A stretch of 64,000 nucleotides of DNA from Octopus bimaculoides (taxonomy: Eukaryota). How positions within the stretch are numbered: the first letter of the stretch is position 1; each line of letters starts with the position of its first letter. The notes beneath the pieces are model-generated. The model made no database searches. It saw nothing but the letters and a program-made list of their open reading frames with translations, and was not told the origin of the DNA. Location of the stretch: contig NC_068982.1 in NCBI RefSeq assembly GCF_001194135.2, forward strand, positions 45,135,818 to 45,199,817. The letters run 5' to 3'. The position numbers and the translations under genes were made by a program. Shown here in pieces: positions 1 to 11,935 of the stretch.

Positions 1-1015
1 CTTACAAAGTTTTGGTTAGCTTGGAGCTATAGAAGACCAAAGTACCACAAGTGAAACTGAACCAGGGACCATGTGGTTGGGAAGCAAACTTTTAAGTACA
101 CAGCCACACAATCTCTTTTGCTGTTTATTTTTCAGGGTTGACCGATTAGGAAAATTATAAGCACATCAGATTAGGTCCGTTTTGGTAGTAGTTCCAGCTC
201 TTTATGCTCTGAGTTCAAATCCCACCATAGCTTATTTGGCTAGTCGACTTAATCTGTTACCTGGCTTAACACCACTATCTAGCAACTTGGATACCTTTAG
301 CAGTCTACTCTGTTGTAAATATTTTCTCCCTCTCTCTCACCAGTCTCTGAGACCTTGTAAAGGGTCATGGGCACTGCCTTTTCTCTTGACTAAAAAATAA
401 AAAAAAAATTGCTCTCTTCAATTACTGCTAGGTTTTTGTTAACTTTCTCTAGCTAAGAAATATCAATGACCACAAAAAACTTTTGCATATGTCATTCAGT
501 ACATCACCCCTAAAATCATTTTCCACCTAAATTTTATTGCAAAAATAGCAAATGGATTTTTATGGCTATCATCATTGGCTCCTCTTTACCCTTGAAGTAG
601 ATTACCAGTGATCCAACTGACCTGCAATCAAAAAAGTCCAGCTGTGACCATGGTCCGTCTCAGATTACTTCATTTAATGTTTCTTTCTCTCTTACAACTG
701 TAGAACATGATATGAATAGAAGTTATCTGACTGCTATTTCTTTCAAGGCAATTGACCACAAAGTGATTCCCTTATTAGTTCATTCCTTCTAAGTTGATGC
801 TGCTGTTGTTTAGCTACAAGTCAATACTGATTGACCAAACCTAATCTGCAATCATGGGTGCTGAAGCCATAATCATATCTTTCAGATGGGCTGGCTGAGT
901 AGTCTATGCCAGATGAAACAACACCTTATGGTATTTGTTCCAGCTCTCAGTTCAAATCTAGCCAATGTCAACTTTGCCTTTCATTCTTTCAGGGTCTATA
1001 AAAAAAAAAGTAACA

Positions 1016-1420
1016 GGAGTGGCTGTGTGGTAAGTAGCTTGCTTACCAACCACACGATTCCGGGTTCATTCCCACTGTGTGGCACCTTGGGCAAGTGTCT
1101 TCTACTATAGCCTCGGGCCGACCAAAGCCTTGTGAGTGGATTTGGTAGACGGAAACTGAAAGAAGCCCGTCGTGTATATATATATATATGTATGTGTGTG
1201 TATATGTTTGAATGTCTGAGTTTGTCCCCCCAACATCGCTTGACAACCGATGGTGGTGTGTTTACGTCCACGTAACTTAGCAGTTCGGCAAAAGAGACCG
1301 ATAGAATAAGTACTAGGCTTACAAAGAATAAGTCCTGGGGTCGATTTGCTCGACTAAAGGCGGTGCTCCAGCATGGCCACAGTCAAATGAATGAAACAAG
1401 TAAAAGAGTAAAAAGAGAAT
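1016..1420 (+). mobile_element. tRNA-derived SINE, family B, near-complete young copy
   Basis: Head GGAGTGGCTGTGTGGTAAG...GGTTCATTCCC (A/B-box-like), body ggcaccttgggcaagtgtcttc, internal (TA/TG)n and 3' half ending gactgaaacaagtaaaagag-like. Many partial copies elsewhere (7015-7210, 12400-12770 minus, 25430-25650, 35838-36180, 38050-38430, 54045-54220, 54470-54650 minus). Confidence 0.85.
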
Positions 1421-2654
1421 CTAGATTGATGGATTGGCAGAATTGTAAGAATGTCAGACTTGACTACCTTGTGGTATTTGTCCTACTCTTTGCATTTAGA
1501 ATTTAAATCTTACCACTGTTCACATGACCACTTAATCGGTCGCCCAAATTAACACCACACCCTGGCGTCTTAGGTGCTTTAAGTAGAATCTATCTCTGTT
1601 CAAGTCAGGTCTCTAATTTAAAGACATCTCCCTTCCCTCCCTTTTACCATTTTTAAAGCCCACAGAGCTGGCTTGCTTTCTAATTGAAAGATAAAATATA
1701 AAAAAAAAACTATATGAACAAATGTCTTTTTCCCTCTGGAACAGTAGGATGTGTAATTAAGGAGACTCGGCTGCTATTTCTAGCACGTCATGCAACCACA
1801 AGAAAGTTCACACCAATGCCCCCACTCCTTGAACTTGTTTGTATAGATTACAATTTCAGTAATTACAACAATATATACCAGTATAGTAAAGAAAGCGATG
1901 GCGTTTTTTTTTGTTTTTTTTTCTCACACTATACTCCATGCATTAAATATGTTAACACTAAATTAACTATACACACACACACAAGTATATAGCTAATGCT
2001 TTTCACATGATGTCATACTACTACAAATGCAACAGCCCATTCATAAAACATGAGGCTAGCAAATACTAATTACTATTCTATACTATTTATAGAAATACTA
2101 TTTTAACTTCACCTTCTTTACTTTCGCTCTACGAATTAAGAGAAGAAAAAAAGAGATGCATTGGGAAAATATAGTCCTAGGTTCCTAGCTGAAATACTTT
2201 TGATCAAAGATCAGCTCAATCAGGGTATTTCTTCTCAAATTTAGTACTCTGAGATGAAATCTCATTGAGGACACCCATGCCTTTCATCCTTTTGGAAGTC
2301 CAAAAAAAAAACTACAAATCCAGAAAGGCAGACTGGCAGAGCTGCAATTATGTCTGACCGGTAATAAAGTCACAATTAATTTATTGGATCCGAACAACCC
2401 CCATCGCTAGGACAAAACCATCACGGACATCCCCACCACCACAGGACAAAACCCCTGCGACTTTTTTTTATTTGGATTCGTCCCTAGTAGTATTTATTCC
2501 AGTTCTGCACATTCTGAGTTCAAATCTCACTATGGCCTACTTGAGTGGCCTTAATCTGTTGCATGCCTTAACCCTTTAGCAATCACATTATTTTGTCAAA
2601 AGTAATGGTTATTTATTCACACTGTTTTGAATTGGTCATGCATCATTTTGTAGC

Positions 2655-2806
2655 CGAAAGCGGCAAGGTAGCAGAATTGTAAGCATGCCGGACGAAATGC
2701 TTAGCAGTATTTCGCCCGTTGCTACAGTTGAACACTGTGTCGATGTAATCGACTCGTTCCCTCCTCCAAAGTTGCTGCACTTGAGGCAAAATTTGGAACT
2801 ATTATT
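2655..2806 (+). mobile_element. CORE-type SINE (family C), internally deleted
   Basis: gcagaattgtaagcatgccggacgaaatgcttagcagtatttcg head, gtcgatgtaatcgact body and (att)n tail. Confidence 0.7.
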
Positions 2807-3240
2807 GGATCTATTTCAAAACGGGGCACCAGTTTTCATTTATGTTTTATGTAGTGTTTTTGGTACCGAAAGACTTTCAAACTTCGTATACTTATCTATT
2901 TTGTGTTATAGAACAGAAAAAAAATTTTGTATTCGAATTTATTTCATGTAAAAAATTGTCTTATTTCGATAATTTCTACTAATCACTGACGTCTATTCAG
3001 TTGAAAACAGTTAGCGCTGTAACGGTGTATATCGTATTAATCCCCTAACCCTAACTAGACTGTTAACCCTAAAACCCTAACCCTAACTCTAGAATCCGAA
3101 CTCTAAAATTGTTACACACATAGATACGCACAGCGAAGACTAAGAGTAAAAGATGTTTTATATGACACATTCTACCAGTATCCCAAGTTTCAAAGTGTTT
3201 CGTTAAGAAAATACTGGTGCCCCCGTTTTGAAATAGATCC
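2807..3240. mobile_element. Merlin-type MITE with internal TAACCC repeats
   Basis: TIRs GGATCTATTTCAAAACGGGGCACCAGT / ACTGGTGCCCCCGTTTTGAAATAGATCC, exact 8-bp flanking duplication CTATTATT (2799-2806, 3241-3248), and taaccctaac repeats at about 3044-3090. GG termini with an 8-bp TSD are characteristic of Merlin/IS1016. Confidence 0.75.
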
Positions 3241-3615
3241 CTATTATTTTGTAGTTTTGAGATTTTGAGAAGCCAGATCTGACGAGTGTGAGCATAAAAC
3301 GTAGAATATTACATATTTCTGGGCGAAATAACATAGCAACCAAACGAGCATCTCAGTAGTTGGTCAACCTGCAACAAAAAGGCGACTAAATTGCTCTCAA
3401 ACCACAACCACCAACTTGAAAATAGAAATTCATGATTTGGATAGCAGTCATGGACACATTGTCTAAAAGTAAAATGTGATGGGTCATGTTAAGAATGCTT
3501 TGATCATAGAGCTACTCAGTCAGAGCTATACTGAGGAGAAGCAACAACCAAGAGAATCTCTATGATTAATCAACATATTAAAAATAGCAGTTAAACCTTC
3601 CTTAATTTACCCCAC

Positions 3616-4230
3616 AGTTAACATGCAGTTTACCGTCGTAAAAAAGTGAAAGTATATCGCGACAGAAGTCATAAGTAACAATATAGACATCTCATAATTT
3701 CATGTAAACACTGTATGACTTAACTTAACCCATGTATAGAACCTACATAATTTCGTTCTTCGGGTAGTTTCTTACCCACATGTGCACTAGTTGAATTTAT
3801 TATTAGTAGAGTCAAATAGGTGTTTTCAAAAAAGAGCATTGGCATGTGTAGTCTAAGTGAATCCACAAGAACAACGCCACCGCTTCCCGCCAGTTCTTTC
3901 TATATGGTTCATTAATCGTACAGGATTATTGCATTGCTTACATGTAACTGTACTGGCTATTATGCATTAACATAAAAGCCACCAAAGTGCCTTCTCAGCA
4001 ATGTTCATTACTGGGTATAGTACGTTGAAACGGCGTACCTCAACTGCTATTTCTAAAATATTTAACATCATTAAAAGGTGACATGGTGAAGGAGTACTTT
4101 ATGTTCTTTCTATGAAATTTTTGTATATCAATGCTGTCACTTCCGGTTTCTATCGCAATTTTTTTTTTTTAAATTTTTTTTAAGGATAATTATCTTTCAC
4201 TTTTAAAAGGCGGCAAACTGCATGTTAACC
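3616..4230 (-). mobile_element. Internally deleted Merlin (ISXO2/IS1595-like) transposon relic
   Basis: About 37-bp TIRs (a/g)GTTAACATGCAGTTT.CCG.C.T.AAAAGTGAAAG. The minus strand at about 4045-3855 reads MNIAEKALWWLLC*CIIASTVTCKQCNNPVRLMNHIERTGGKRWRCSCGFT*, the CxxC...WRC zinc ribbon typical of Merlin transposase N-termini. No clear TSD. Confidence 0.65.
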
Positions 4231-4334
4231 ATCACATTCTACGCTCTTAAAACATTGGATAGTATATACAAGACTGATAACAAAAACGGGGAGGGGTGTC
4301 ATGGCTGGAATTTATTTCATCATGGTTGCTCAAC

Positions 4335-4712
4335 CGGTTGTTGGCATTCCGTCGCTTACGACGTCGAGGGTTCCAGTTGATCCGATCAACGGAACAGCCT
4401 GCTCGTGAAATTAACGTGCAAGTGGCTGAGCACTCCACAGACACGTGTACCCTTAACGTAGTTCTCGGGGATATCCAGCGTGACAAGGCTGGCCCTTTGA
4501 AATACAGGTACAACAGAAACAGGAAGAAAGAGTGAGAGAAAGTTGTGGTGGAAGAGTACAGCAGGGTTCGCCACCATCCCCTGCCGGAGCCTCGTGGAGC
4601 TTTATGTGTTTTCGCTCAATAAACACTCACAACGCCCGGTTTGGGAATCGAAACCGCGAGTCCGCTGCCCTGGGCCATTGCGCCTCCACACGCTCAATCG
4701 CTAGAAAACAAG
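4335..4712 (-). mobile_element. tRNA-derived SINE, family A, young copy
   Basis: Reverse complement of the 57181-57565 copy, with a tRNA-like head, body gttaatttcacgagcaggctgttccgttgatcggatcaactggaaccc and an (AAC)-type tail. Confidence 0.85.
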
Positions 4713-5342
4713 AAAATAACATTTCTCTCTATATATGTCACACACGCGCGCAAATATATGAGACGATGGATGGCACGGGCATCTACGGTACTTGGTAGTT
4801 AAGAAATATGATCTTGAATTTGCAGGACATCAACCAGCGACTCAAAACATGAACTCTGAAATCCTATATAAGCAGACGAGAAGTTTCAAAAATTCAATGT
4901 TTTCAGACTGCACTAAGAGACAAGTGTAGAAATACTTTCACAAGAAAAGTTCTTACAAAACATACACTGTCACCAAAATAATCAGAAGGAAGAATACGAA
5001 AACCACACCACAGTAACTAAGTAACACAAGTGTTCTGACAGGACTTCCCAAAACATAAGAGGTGGACTTGTCTCAATAGCAACAAGTAGAGTATCTGACC
5101 AAACAAGGTGGTGCTGGTCAGATTGGTTAGAGTTAGGAAGTGTTCGCAGAGGAATGAACAACTATGGTGTGTGTGCGCATGCGTAAGTAAGGGAGTTGGT
5201 GTAAATTCCCAGCATTTATGTTGCCTGCTGGGATTGACAAATTTCCCTTAAATTATACCCTATTGTTAACTAAAAAAATGGATAATGTAATCCTAGATCT
5301 GGGTTCCTTACACGTGGTGGTCACGGGTGAAATGCCTTAAGT

Positions 5343-5650
5343 CAGCAGTCACCAACCTTTTTTGACCGGTTTCGTGCAAGAATTTATCCACGAGCCGCAT
5401 AAGAAAACCAAATAAAGTACATATATAATTTAATTATTACATATGGCATACCTACACAAGTATGACCCACCCTGAGCGTCAGGGGTGGCACAATTGTGTA
5501 GGTAAGCCATTACATATATAAAATATATTTTATGCAAAAATACACGGCAGACTGCGAATTTCAATGAAATAGAAGTAAAATTTTTAAATTTATTCTTTTC
5601 ATTGCGGTCCGGTATCAAATGATCCACCGTCCGGTGTTTGGGAACCTCAG
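5343..5650. mobile_element. hAT-like MITE
   Basis: Ends cagcagtcaccaacc / tttgggaacctcag, near-perfect 8-bp TSD CCTTAAGT / CTTTAAGT, and the same family in opposite orientation at 25819-26079. Confidence 0.65.
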
Positions 5651-6189
5651 CTTTAAGTAATAAGTCCACATGGCCAGATCTGACCTGGGGTTAAACAACA
5701 AGAGACAAATAGTACAATAATGCCAGTATTATTCTCCTCGTTTGTACGTCTCCCTAATGAATTAATTTAATCGCCAATCTATTTTATTGGGGCGACAAAT
5801 AAAAAGAATTTTAATGCTTTCGTTTCTCACAGCGAAAGTTAAGGTGAAGGCTGCGTTGAAATAATTGGATTTATGTAAGATAACAAGAAGAACAAAATGA
5901 AACAAAGTAAGAAAGCTGCAATGTTTATATAACAGAAAGGAGGGATACACGTGACAGGAGATAGTTGTAGCTCGCATCTTACTGTTCTCAATTGAAATCT
6001 TTCTGGGATCGATATAAAACAGTTTTAAACTGAATCAGTTCGATACTTTCTCTGCATTACAAAACCTTACTTTAGTAAATATTAACTCATTTGGTAATTC
6101 TCCAATACACACATACACGTGTGTGTGGATAAAGTCGTGACCTGGATTATTTATGGGTAAGTAAAGTAATTCGTGACCGTCCCATCTTT

Positions 6190-6277
6190 GGAGGAGGTAA
6201 AGAATACGCACACCACCCGTTTTCGGTGTAACAAAAACCCTAACCCTAAACACCGGATGTGCGTTATTCTTTACCTT
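6190..6277. mobile_element. Miniature TIR element containing taaccctaa
   Basis: Inverted ends GGTAAAGAATACGCACA / TGTGCGTTATTCTTTACC, internal aaccctaaccctaa, bracketed by the direct repeat cgtcccatcttt. Confidence 0.5.
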
Positions 6278-6658
6278 CGTCCCATCTTTTCCTATGAGCC
6301 AAGAAACAGTCTACACTATCCAACAGAGATTCCGGCAATCACTGGCGAGACAGGTGCCAACGTAGTGCTATGTTTTCGTTTGGATAACTTTGGTAACCTA
6401 CGATAGAAAATATAAGGCACTCGGGTAAACCAGAATCTCGCCTATTTAAAGTTTTAATTGCATACCACCATGTAAACAGATACGTGTGTAAGCTACTCAT
6501 ATATTGCATCACACTTGAATAACATCGCTTAAAAAGTCTCTTAGGAAAAACTTTCGCTCCACGGACCAACTATAGAGTCTCTCTGCTGTCGTCCGGTCTG
6601 CTGGAAATAACACCAAAATTTCCATCAAACTACATCCAACTCTCTTAAACAGAGAATG

Positions 6659-6754
6659 TTACAATGAATGTAGTTCCCGGTAGACAAAAACTACTGCAAC
6701 GCTTTGATCAGGGATGCCTAGAGGATTTACAACAGCAACCTGAAGCTTCACACC
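6659..6754 (-). CDS. Possible terminal exon of the small orphan gene (GVKLQVAVVNPLGIPDQSVAVVFVYRELHSL*)
   Basis: Acceptor ttttatactag, phase 0, compatible with a donor at TTG|gtattc (7296/7295). Both signals are weak. Confidence 0.2.
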   Translation of the reverse strand, partial: GVKLQVAVVNPLGIPDQSVAVVFVYRELHSL

Positions 6755-6984
6755 CTAGTATAAAAGTGTGTGTTGGATGTGAATCTAAAATATAAAGAAA
6801 AAACACTGAACATTTGAATGAATGATGCGTTCGATAAGTTTGGGTATGAAACGCACAAGCTCTTTGCCATACGCGTGTGTCTATAACTGTATTAACATAG
6901 GCAAATAAACACTAGATCACATAAAACACACATATATACATACGCACACACCTAAATTAGAGTTCTTTTAAAATGACAAATATA

Positions 6985-7019
<35 letters not shown>

Positions 7020-7280
7020 TGTCCCCCCAACATCGCTTGACAACCGATGCTGGTGTGTTTAGGTCCCCGTAATTTAGCGGTTCGGCAAAAAGAGATCGAT
7101 AGAATAAGTACTAGGCTTACAAAGAATAAGTCCTGGGGTCGATTTGATTCGATTAAAGGCGGTGCTCCAGCATGGCCGCAGTCAAATGACTGAAACAAGT
7201 AAAAGAATATATATGTATGTGTATATATATATTCACACACACACATTTTTAAAAGCATCAATAGAAAAGTTGTCTGTAAA

Positions 7281-7536
7281 CTAGAGAACGAATACCAAAA
7301 TATCTGTAATTCCAACTTGTCTGCCAATCTCCTTAGTTGTTAATAAACAGTCTGGCATCAGGAACGAAGGAAATACATTTTCCATGTCTTTTTCTTGTTT
7401 AATCAAGACCCCACCCCCTCCACTATAGTCACTGTCCCTCTTTGTAATCGAGTGAATAGAAATTCCGTACAGAATGTTCCCGTTTTTATTAACTAAAACT
7501 CCCTTCCACGACCAACCAGGTTGTATATTTAACAAA
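7281..7536 (-). CDS. Candidate exon 3 of a small orphan gene (LLNIQPGWSWKGVLVNKNG...ITDILVFVL*)
   Basis: Good acceptor ctactatttcaccttcag|T, an open frame of 84 codons in non-repetitive sequence, and a phase that completes the AC| codon of the 8248 exon. Confidence 0.45.
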
Positions 7537-7860
7537 CTGAAGGTGAAATAGTAGACAGAAATGTGCAAATGATTACGAGTACAGTGAGGGTGTGGTGTAT
7601 GTATACATATATATATATATATATAATAAATCTCTGTGTGGTTTCCCTGGTTTTTGCGATTAACGCTTCATTTACGTTTCTTTAATAATTTAATTTCGTT
7701 TAGGAGTGACCTTGAGAGAGGCATACACACCACAACTGCATCCCCGAATTCATTCTAAACTAACATAACTAACTCTAAACCATTGTTATTGTTAATCAAT
7801 TATATTCCTGGTAAGGGCGTTCTGTAAAACGGGACACAAACATTTCGCCATGCCACAAAA

Positions 7861-8100
7861 GTATAAGCCGTCCTTATCATCCTGTTTGTTATTTATACTG
7901 TTGTGATCGTTGTTACGGAAACTAACCACCACTATCATCATCGACAACACTAACACTATAAATAAATTTAATTAATTAAAAAAAAGAGAGACAGCTTTCT
8001 CAATAGTGTAAGCCATCCTTATTATCATGCTTGTTATTTATACCGTTGTTATCGTTACGGACACTAACCATCACCATCATCACTAACACTTCAAATAAAA
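7861..8100. repeat. Local duplication of a ~100-bp unit
   Basis: gtataagccgtccttatcat...ttacggaaactaacc...aacactataaataaa (7861-7965) is repeated with divergence at 8006-8100. Confidence 0.8.
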
Positions 8101-8247
8101 CCATGGAGCATGATCTCACTTATATCTAAGCCATAAAAAGCGATGAGACAGAGGATAAAGATAAAACAAAAGTACTTTTTCTGCATAGAATACATCAAGT
8201 ATAAACTAAAAGCAAAGCACACGCAAAAGAAAAACAATAAATCTTAC

Positions 8248-8375
8248 GTAGGCAATGGATATTCCATGAAGTTATTGTGACAACTGTCTGCGAGCTCCAT
8301 CAATGGAAATAAGTTATATTCAAATTGCAAAAGTAAAATTGTTTCATAACTGACTCTTTGGAGAGAGAAAACAAT
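8248..8375 (-). CDS. Candidate exon 2 of a small orphan gene (IVFSLQRVSYETILLLQFEYNLFPLMELADSCHNNFMEYPLPT)
   Basis: Strong donor AC|gtaaga at 8247, open frame, and two possible acceptors (8375 phase 0, 8355 phase 2). Confidence 0.45.
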
Positions 8376-8568
8376 CTATGTTCTGATAAAACACTGTTTC
8401 TGGTTTCGGGAAAGTTATCAAAGTGGAGCGAATGGGTGGATTCTATACGAGATTTTGAATGTGTGTAAAAAAAAAATAATAACGAGAGGGACGGCAGAGA
8501 TTTAGGAGCGGGAATGATCGACGAGAGGAAAGTGAGGTACAGTGTTCGTCTTACGTGGTTATCCTTAC

Positions 8569-8607
8569 TTCCAGGCCAATCCCCAACAATACAGTTCGAC
8601 AGCTCAT
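8569..8607 (-). CDS. Candidate exon 1 of a small orphan gene (MSCRTVLLGIGLE)
   Basis: aaaATG with an upstream in-frame stop, donors gtaagg (8568) and gtaaga (8554), in a locally CpG-rich segment. Confidence 0.4.
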
Positions 8608-11600
8608 TTTAGAAGTTTCCTAAGATAAAGAATGAGCTGTAACAACACTAAGGAAAGAAAGAACGAGACCTGAAATAAATATTTGATAGCAAAACTTAAA
8701 TATAGAGAGAGAAGGTAGGAAGAGAAAGAGGAAAAGGTTGAATAGAATGAGTAAGAGTGTAGAAAGATAGAAAGAGAAAATGAGTTGAGAGAGAGAGCGA
8801 GATTAATTGAAAGCGAGTAAGTAGAGAAAAAAGACAAGCTGAAAAAAAAAAAATAATAATGAGGGCGCACAAAATAAATTATTGACAGTGAAAAAAAAAT
8901 GTAATTTCAGTTGATTCTAATAATTAATTTTCTTTTTTTTTTGCGCCATATATTGATCGTTTTTTTTTTTAAATAATGTAGAACTACCAACAAATTAAAC
9001 AAATAAAATAGATATCTAATTACTTCAAATCTCCCAAGTTGTGGAAATAGTAATTTGTGGTACTCAGTCCTACCACTGAAATCAAAACTTCGTTAATTAG
9101 GAACTTACCATTAATCACAATCCCACTCAAGTGTTACATATCAGTAAAATGATATAAATCCAGAAAAATGTTTCATTCAACAACCACCAGGCTACATCTT
9201 CAATTCGAGATGTTTCCATGGTTATTAATGCTATATGTTAATATTAATTATCACAAGATCCACAGAACTGGCCAAGCAAGTAGAAAGCTAGAATGAATGT
9301 ATTACTATGCAGAGTTTGTAGTTCCCTACTATTCTGGGTGCAAATCTTACAGGAATTGACTGTCATTCATCCTTCCAGTGACCCATAATTTGCTGGATTC
9401 AATTCAACCAATTTTACTCCATCTTCTTGCAAATAAAGACTTGTTTCCAGGTTAAAGAAACCATTAATCAAACACGACTGTTTTTAAATGATTGCTTATT
9501 AACTGTCCTTCAATAAGCATGAAGACTGTTAAACTTAACCATTCCATTTCAGCATTCTTTAGTAATAACTGTTCGTACTTTCCAACTGTCGGGAAGAAAT
9601 CACCACATCTAAAATACTTGTCAACAAAAGGCTGTAGATGCAACATTTACCTCTTTCTCTCATACAACACACACACACACACACACACACAGTATAGTAC
9701 ATAAAAATACAGCTAGCTTAAGAATTAATGCATAAAGGTCACTGCTATCAGCTAAATACAGATAGCAAATCAAATTGGGAGTAAAGCAGATTATAGAAAT
9801 ACAACTGAATACACCTATAATGTAGACAATTTATTATTAAATATTATTAATAATGATAAATCAAAGCAACAGCTGTGGCCAAGACAATAAAGTACGAGGT
9901 ATAATACTTTACAATATTTAGTCTAGTACCTTACTATCCTGATATCAAAACTCCTCAAGGTAATTTTTACTTTCATCCCTCAGTTGCCAGTAATATACTA
10001 AGATCAGTTCAATGACCAACCAATGGTTATGGTGAGTACAGTAAGTTGGGCTGGAAAGGTATCGCTGAAGACTTAATCTTCTACTTGTGTATCTAAAAGT
10101 AACCTTATTGAAACTACCCTGCCCCCTCCCCCTTTAAGCCGTTCCCTCATGAGGATTTAAACACAGCACTGTAAGCCAATTAAATATTTGCCAAATCAGA
10201 TACTAAAATAATTACTTAACTAGATATGAAAAAGGTGTAATTGATTAAATCAACTGAAGACTATTACTATTAATTATTTTATCCACTCTGGGGTGAATAG
10301 AAGACAGAGATGGCCCAGATATGATGCACCACCAGTGAGATAAATTAGTATTTAACTTAGAAAAACTCCAGATTGATTGAAGTAAGCAAATTAAATCATG
10401 TAAAGAAGACATTAATGAAGTGAAATTACTGTAGCTGGGATTCAAAATCACACCAGATTCACTTGCAGACATCCTACAGACATGCTGCCTCATATCTTCT
10501 ACCTTTTCCATTGCTACTATAATAGCCTGTTTCTTGGAGTTGGCAAGTTTTGAACCTCCTCCTCCTAGGCACGTCTAACTCATCTCTCCGCCTCTTATTA
10601 ACCATGTTATGTCCACTCACCCACCGAGCCCACACTAATCACTATACCCGGTTCCTCTTTCCTAGAACATTACTACCTGCAATCTTTTCTTTGCTCTCGT
10701 GTCTTTCCTGCAGATGTCAACTTGTAGCATTTTTAAACAGAATGGTATTAACCTCACCAGTCTCAGTGGACATGCAATGACCATGACTACTGACCCAGCA
10801 AGTACAAAAAAAAAGGACCATAAATGCACATGAAGGAATTATAGTCAGTTGATCTTTATCCCAATACATGACTGATAAAAGAAAATTAAATTGAATTCAA
10901 CATTATTAACTCAACAAACACTTACTGTATTTTCCAGCATACATGTCAAACTTTTCAGACCTAAATTTATAGCCAAAAACAGTAGGTCAGAAGACCAAAA
11001 ATATCATGTGGAATGCAGCAGGATTTGGAAAGGGACGAAGTTTGAATGTTTACACTACATACTATTATCAACTTGTGTATCAGAAAATATGGTATGAATG
11101 ATTTTAAAATGATATGAAAATTAATGGTGCAATAATATGTTGTATACAGAACTAAACTGTAGTGTCAGTAAAAGATGCATGAGATGGAAATAAAGAAGAA
11201 AAAAGCTTGAAAGTTTAAAAAAATGAAGATGATGTTTATGATGTGAGGTTGAATTTCCTTCTTTCAGTAAGAAATGTAGGTCTTGGAAATCAAATTGCCA
11301 ATTATTACTATTTCTGATATGACAGACAAATTAGTTGTATAGATAATTATGGAGTAGGTCACTCTTTTGAAGAGTAAAAATATAGACTGACAAGAAAGAA
11401 CATGTGAAACTAGAGGTATTAAGGCTTGTATGCATAAGTATAGAGCATCATAAAACTAATTACATAGAAGGTAATTACTGTATTTTATGACATAAAAGAC
11501 TCACAGGCATATAAAATGCACCCCAATTTCAGCTACAGACATTCAGTAGAAAAGTTTTTAATGCATTACAGCATATAATATTTAAAGCAATTTAGTAGTG

Positions 11601-11624
11601 CTTTACAAGACATTACAAAAGTGA

Positions 11625-11935
11625 AGGTACATGGCTTAGTAATTATGACATTTAGCTCCTCACAATCACGAGGCTGTGAGTTCGATACCCAGTAGAGCAT
11701 TGTGTCCTTGAGCAAGACACTATATTTCATATTGCTCCAATGCACACAGCTGGCAAAAACGAGTAGTACCTGTAATTCATTGAGTGTGACACTGAATTTC
11801 TTTCAAAACTACGTTATGGGTACGTGAATCTGTGGCGTGCTCAGCCATTTGCACATTAATTCCACGAGCAGGCTGTTCTGTTGATTGGATCAACTGGAAT
11901 ACTTGTCATCATAACAGATGGAGTGCCAGTTAAGT
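11625..11935 (+). mobile_element. SINE family A, older CpG-decayed copy
   Basis: tRNA-like head (gagttcgataccc) and body ccacgagcaggctgttctgttgattggatcaactgg. Confidence 0.75.

Larger units (their letters stand above)
2568..3330 (+). mobile_element. piggyBac-like MITE, interrupted by a SINE and a Merlin-type MITE
   Basis: Starts TTAACCCTTTAGC like the intact copy at 14719-14937. Matching sequence (ttttgagattttga...gatctg...cataaaac) resumes after about 3245. Confidence 0.6.

Noticed and set aside
10245-10511. 88-aa ORF MEKVEDMRQ... considered as an SH2-like exon
   Set aside because: No convincing acceptor, an upstream in-frame stop and no conserved SH2 motif.
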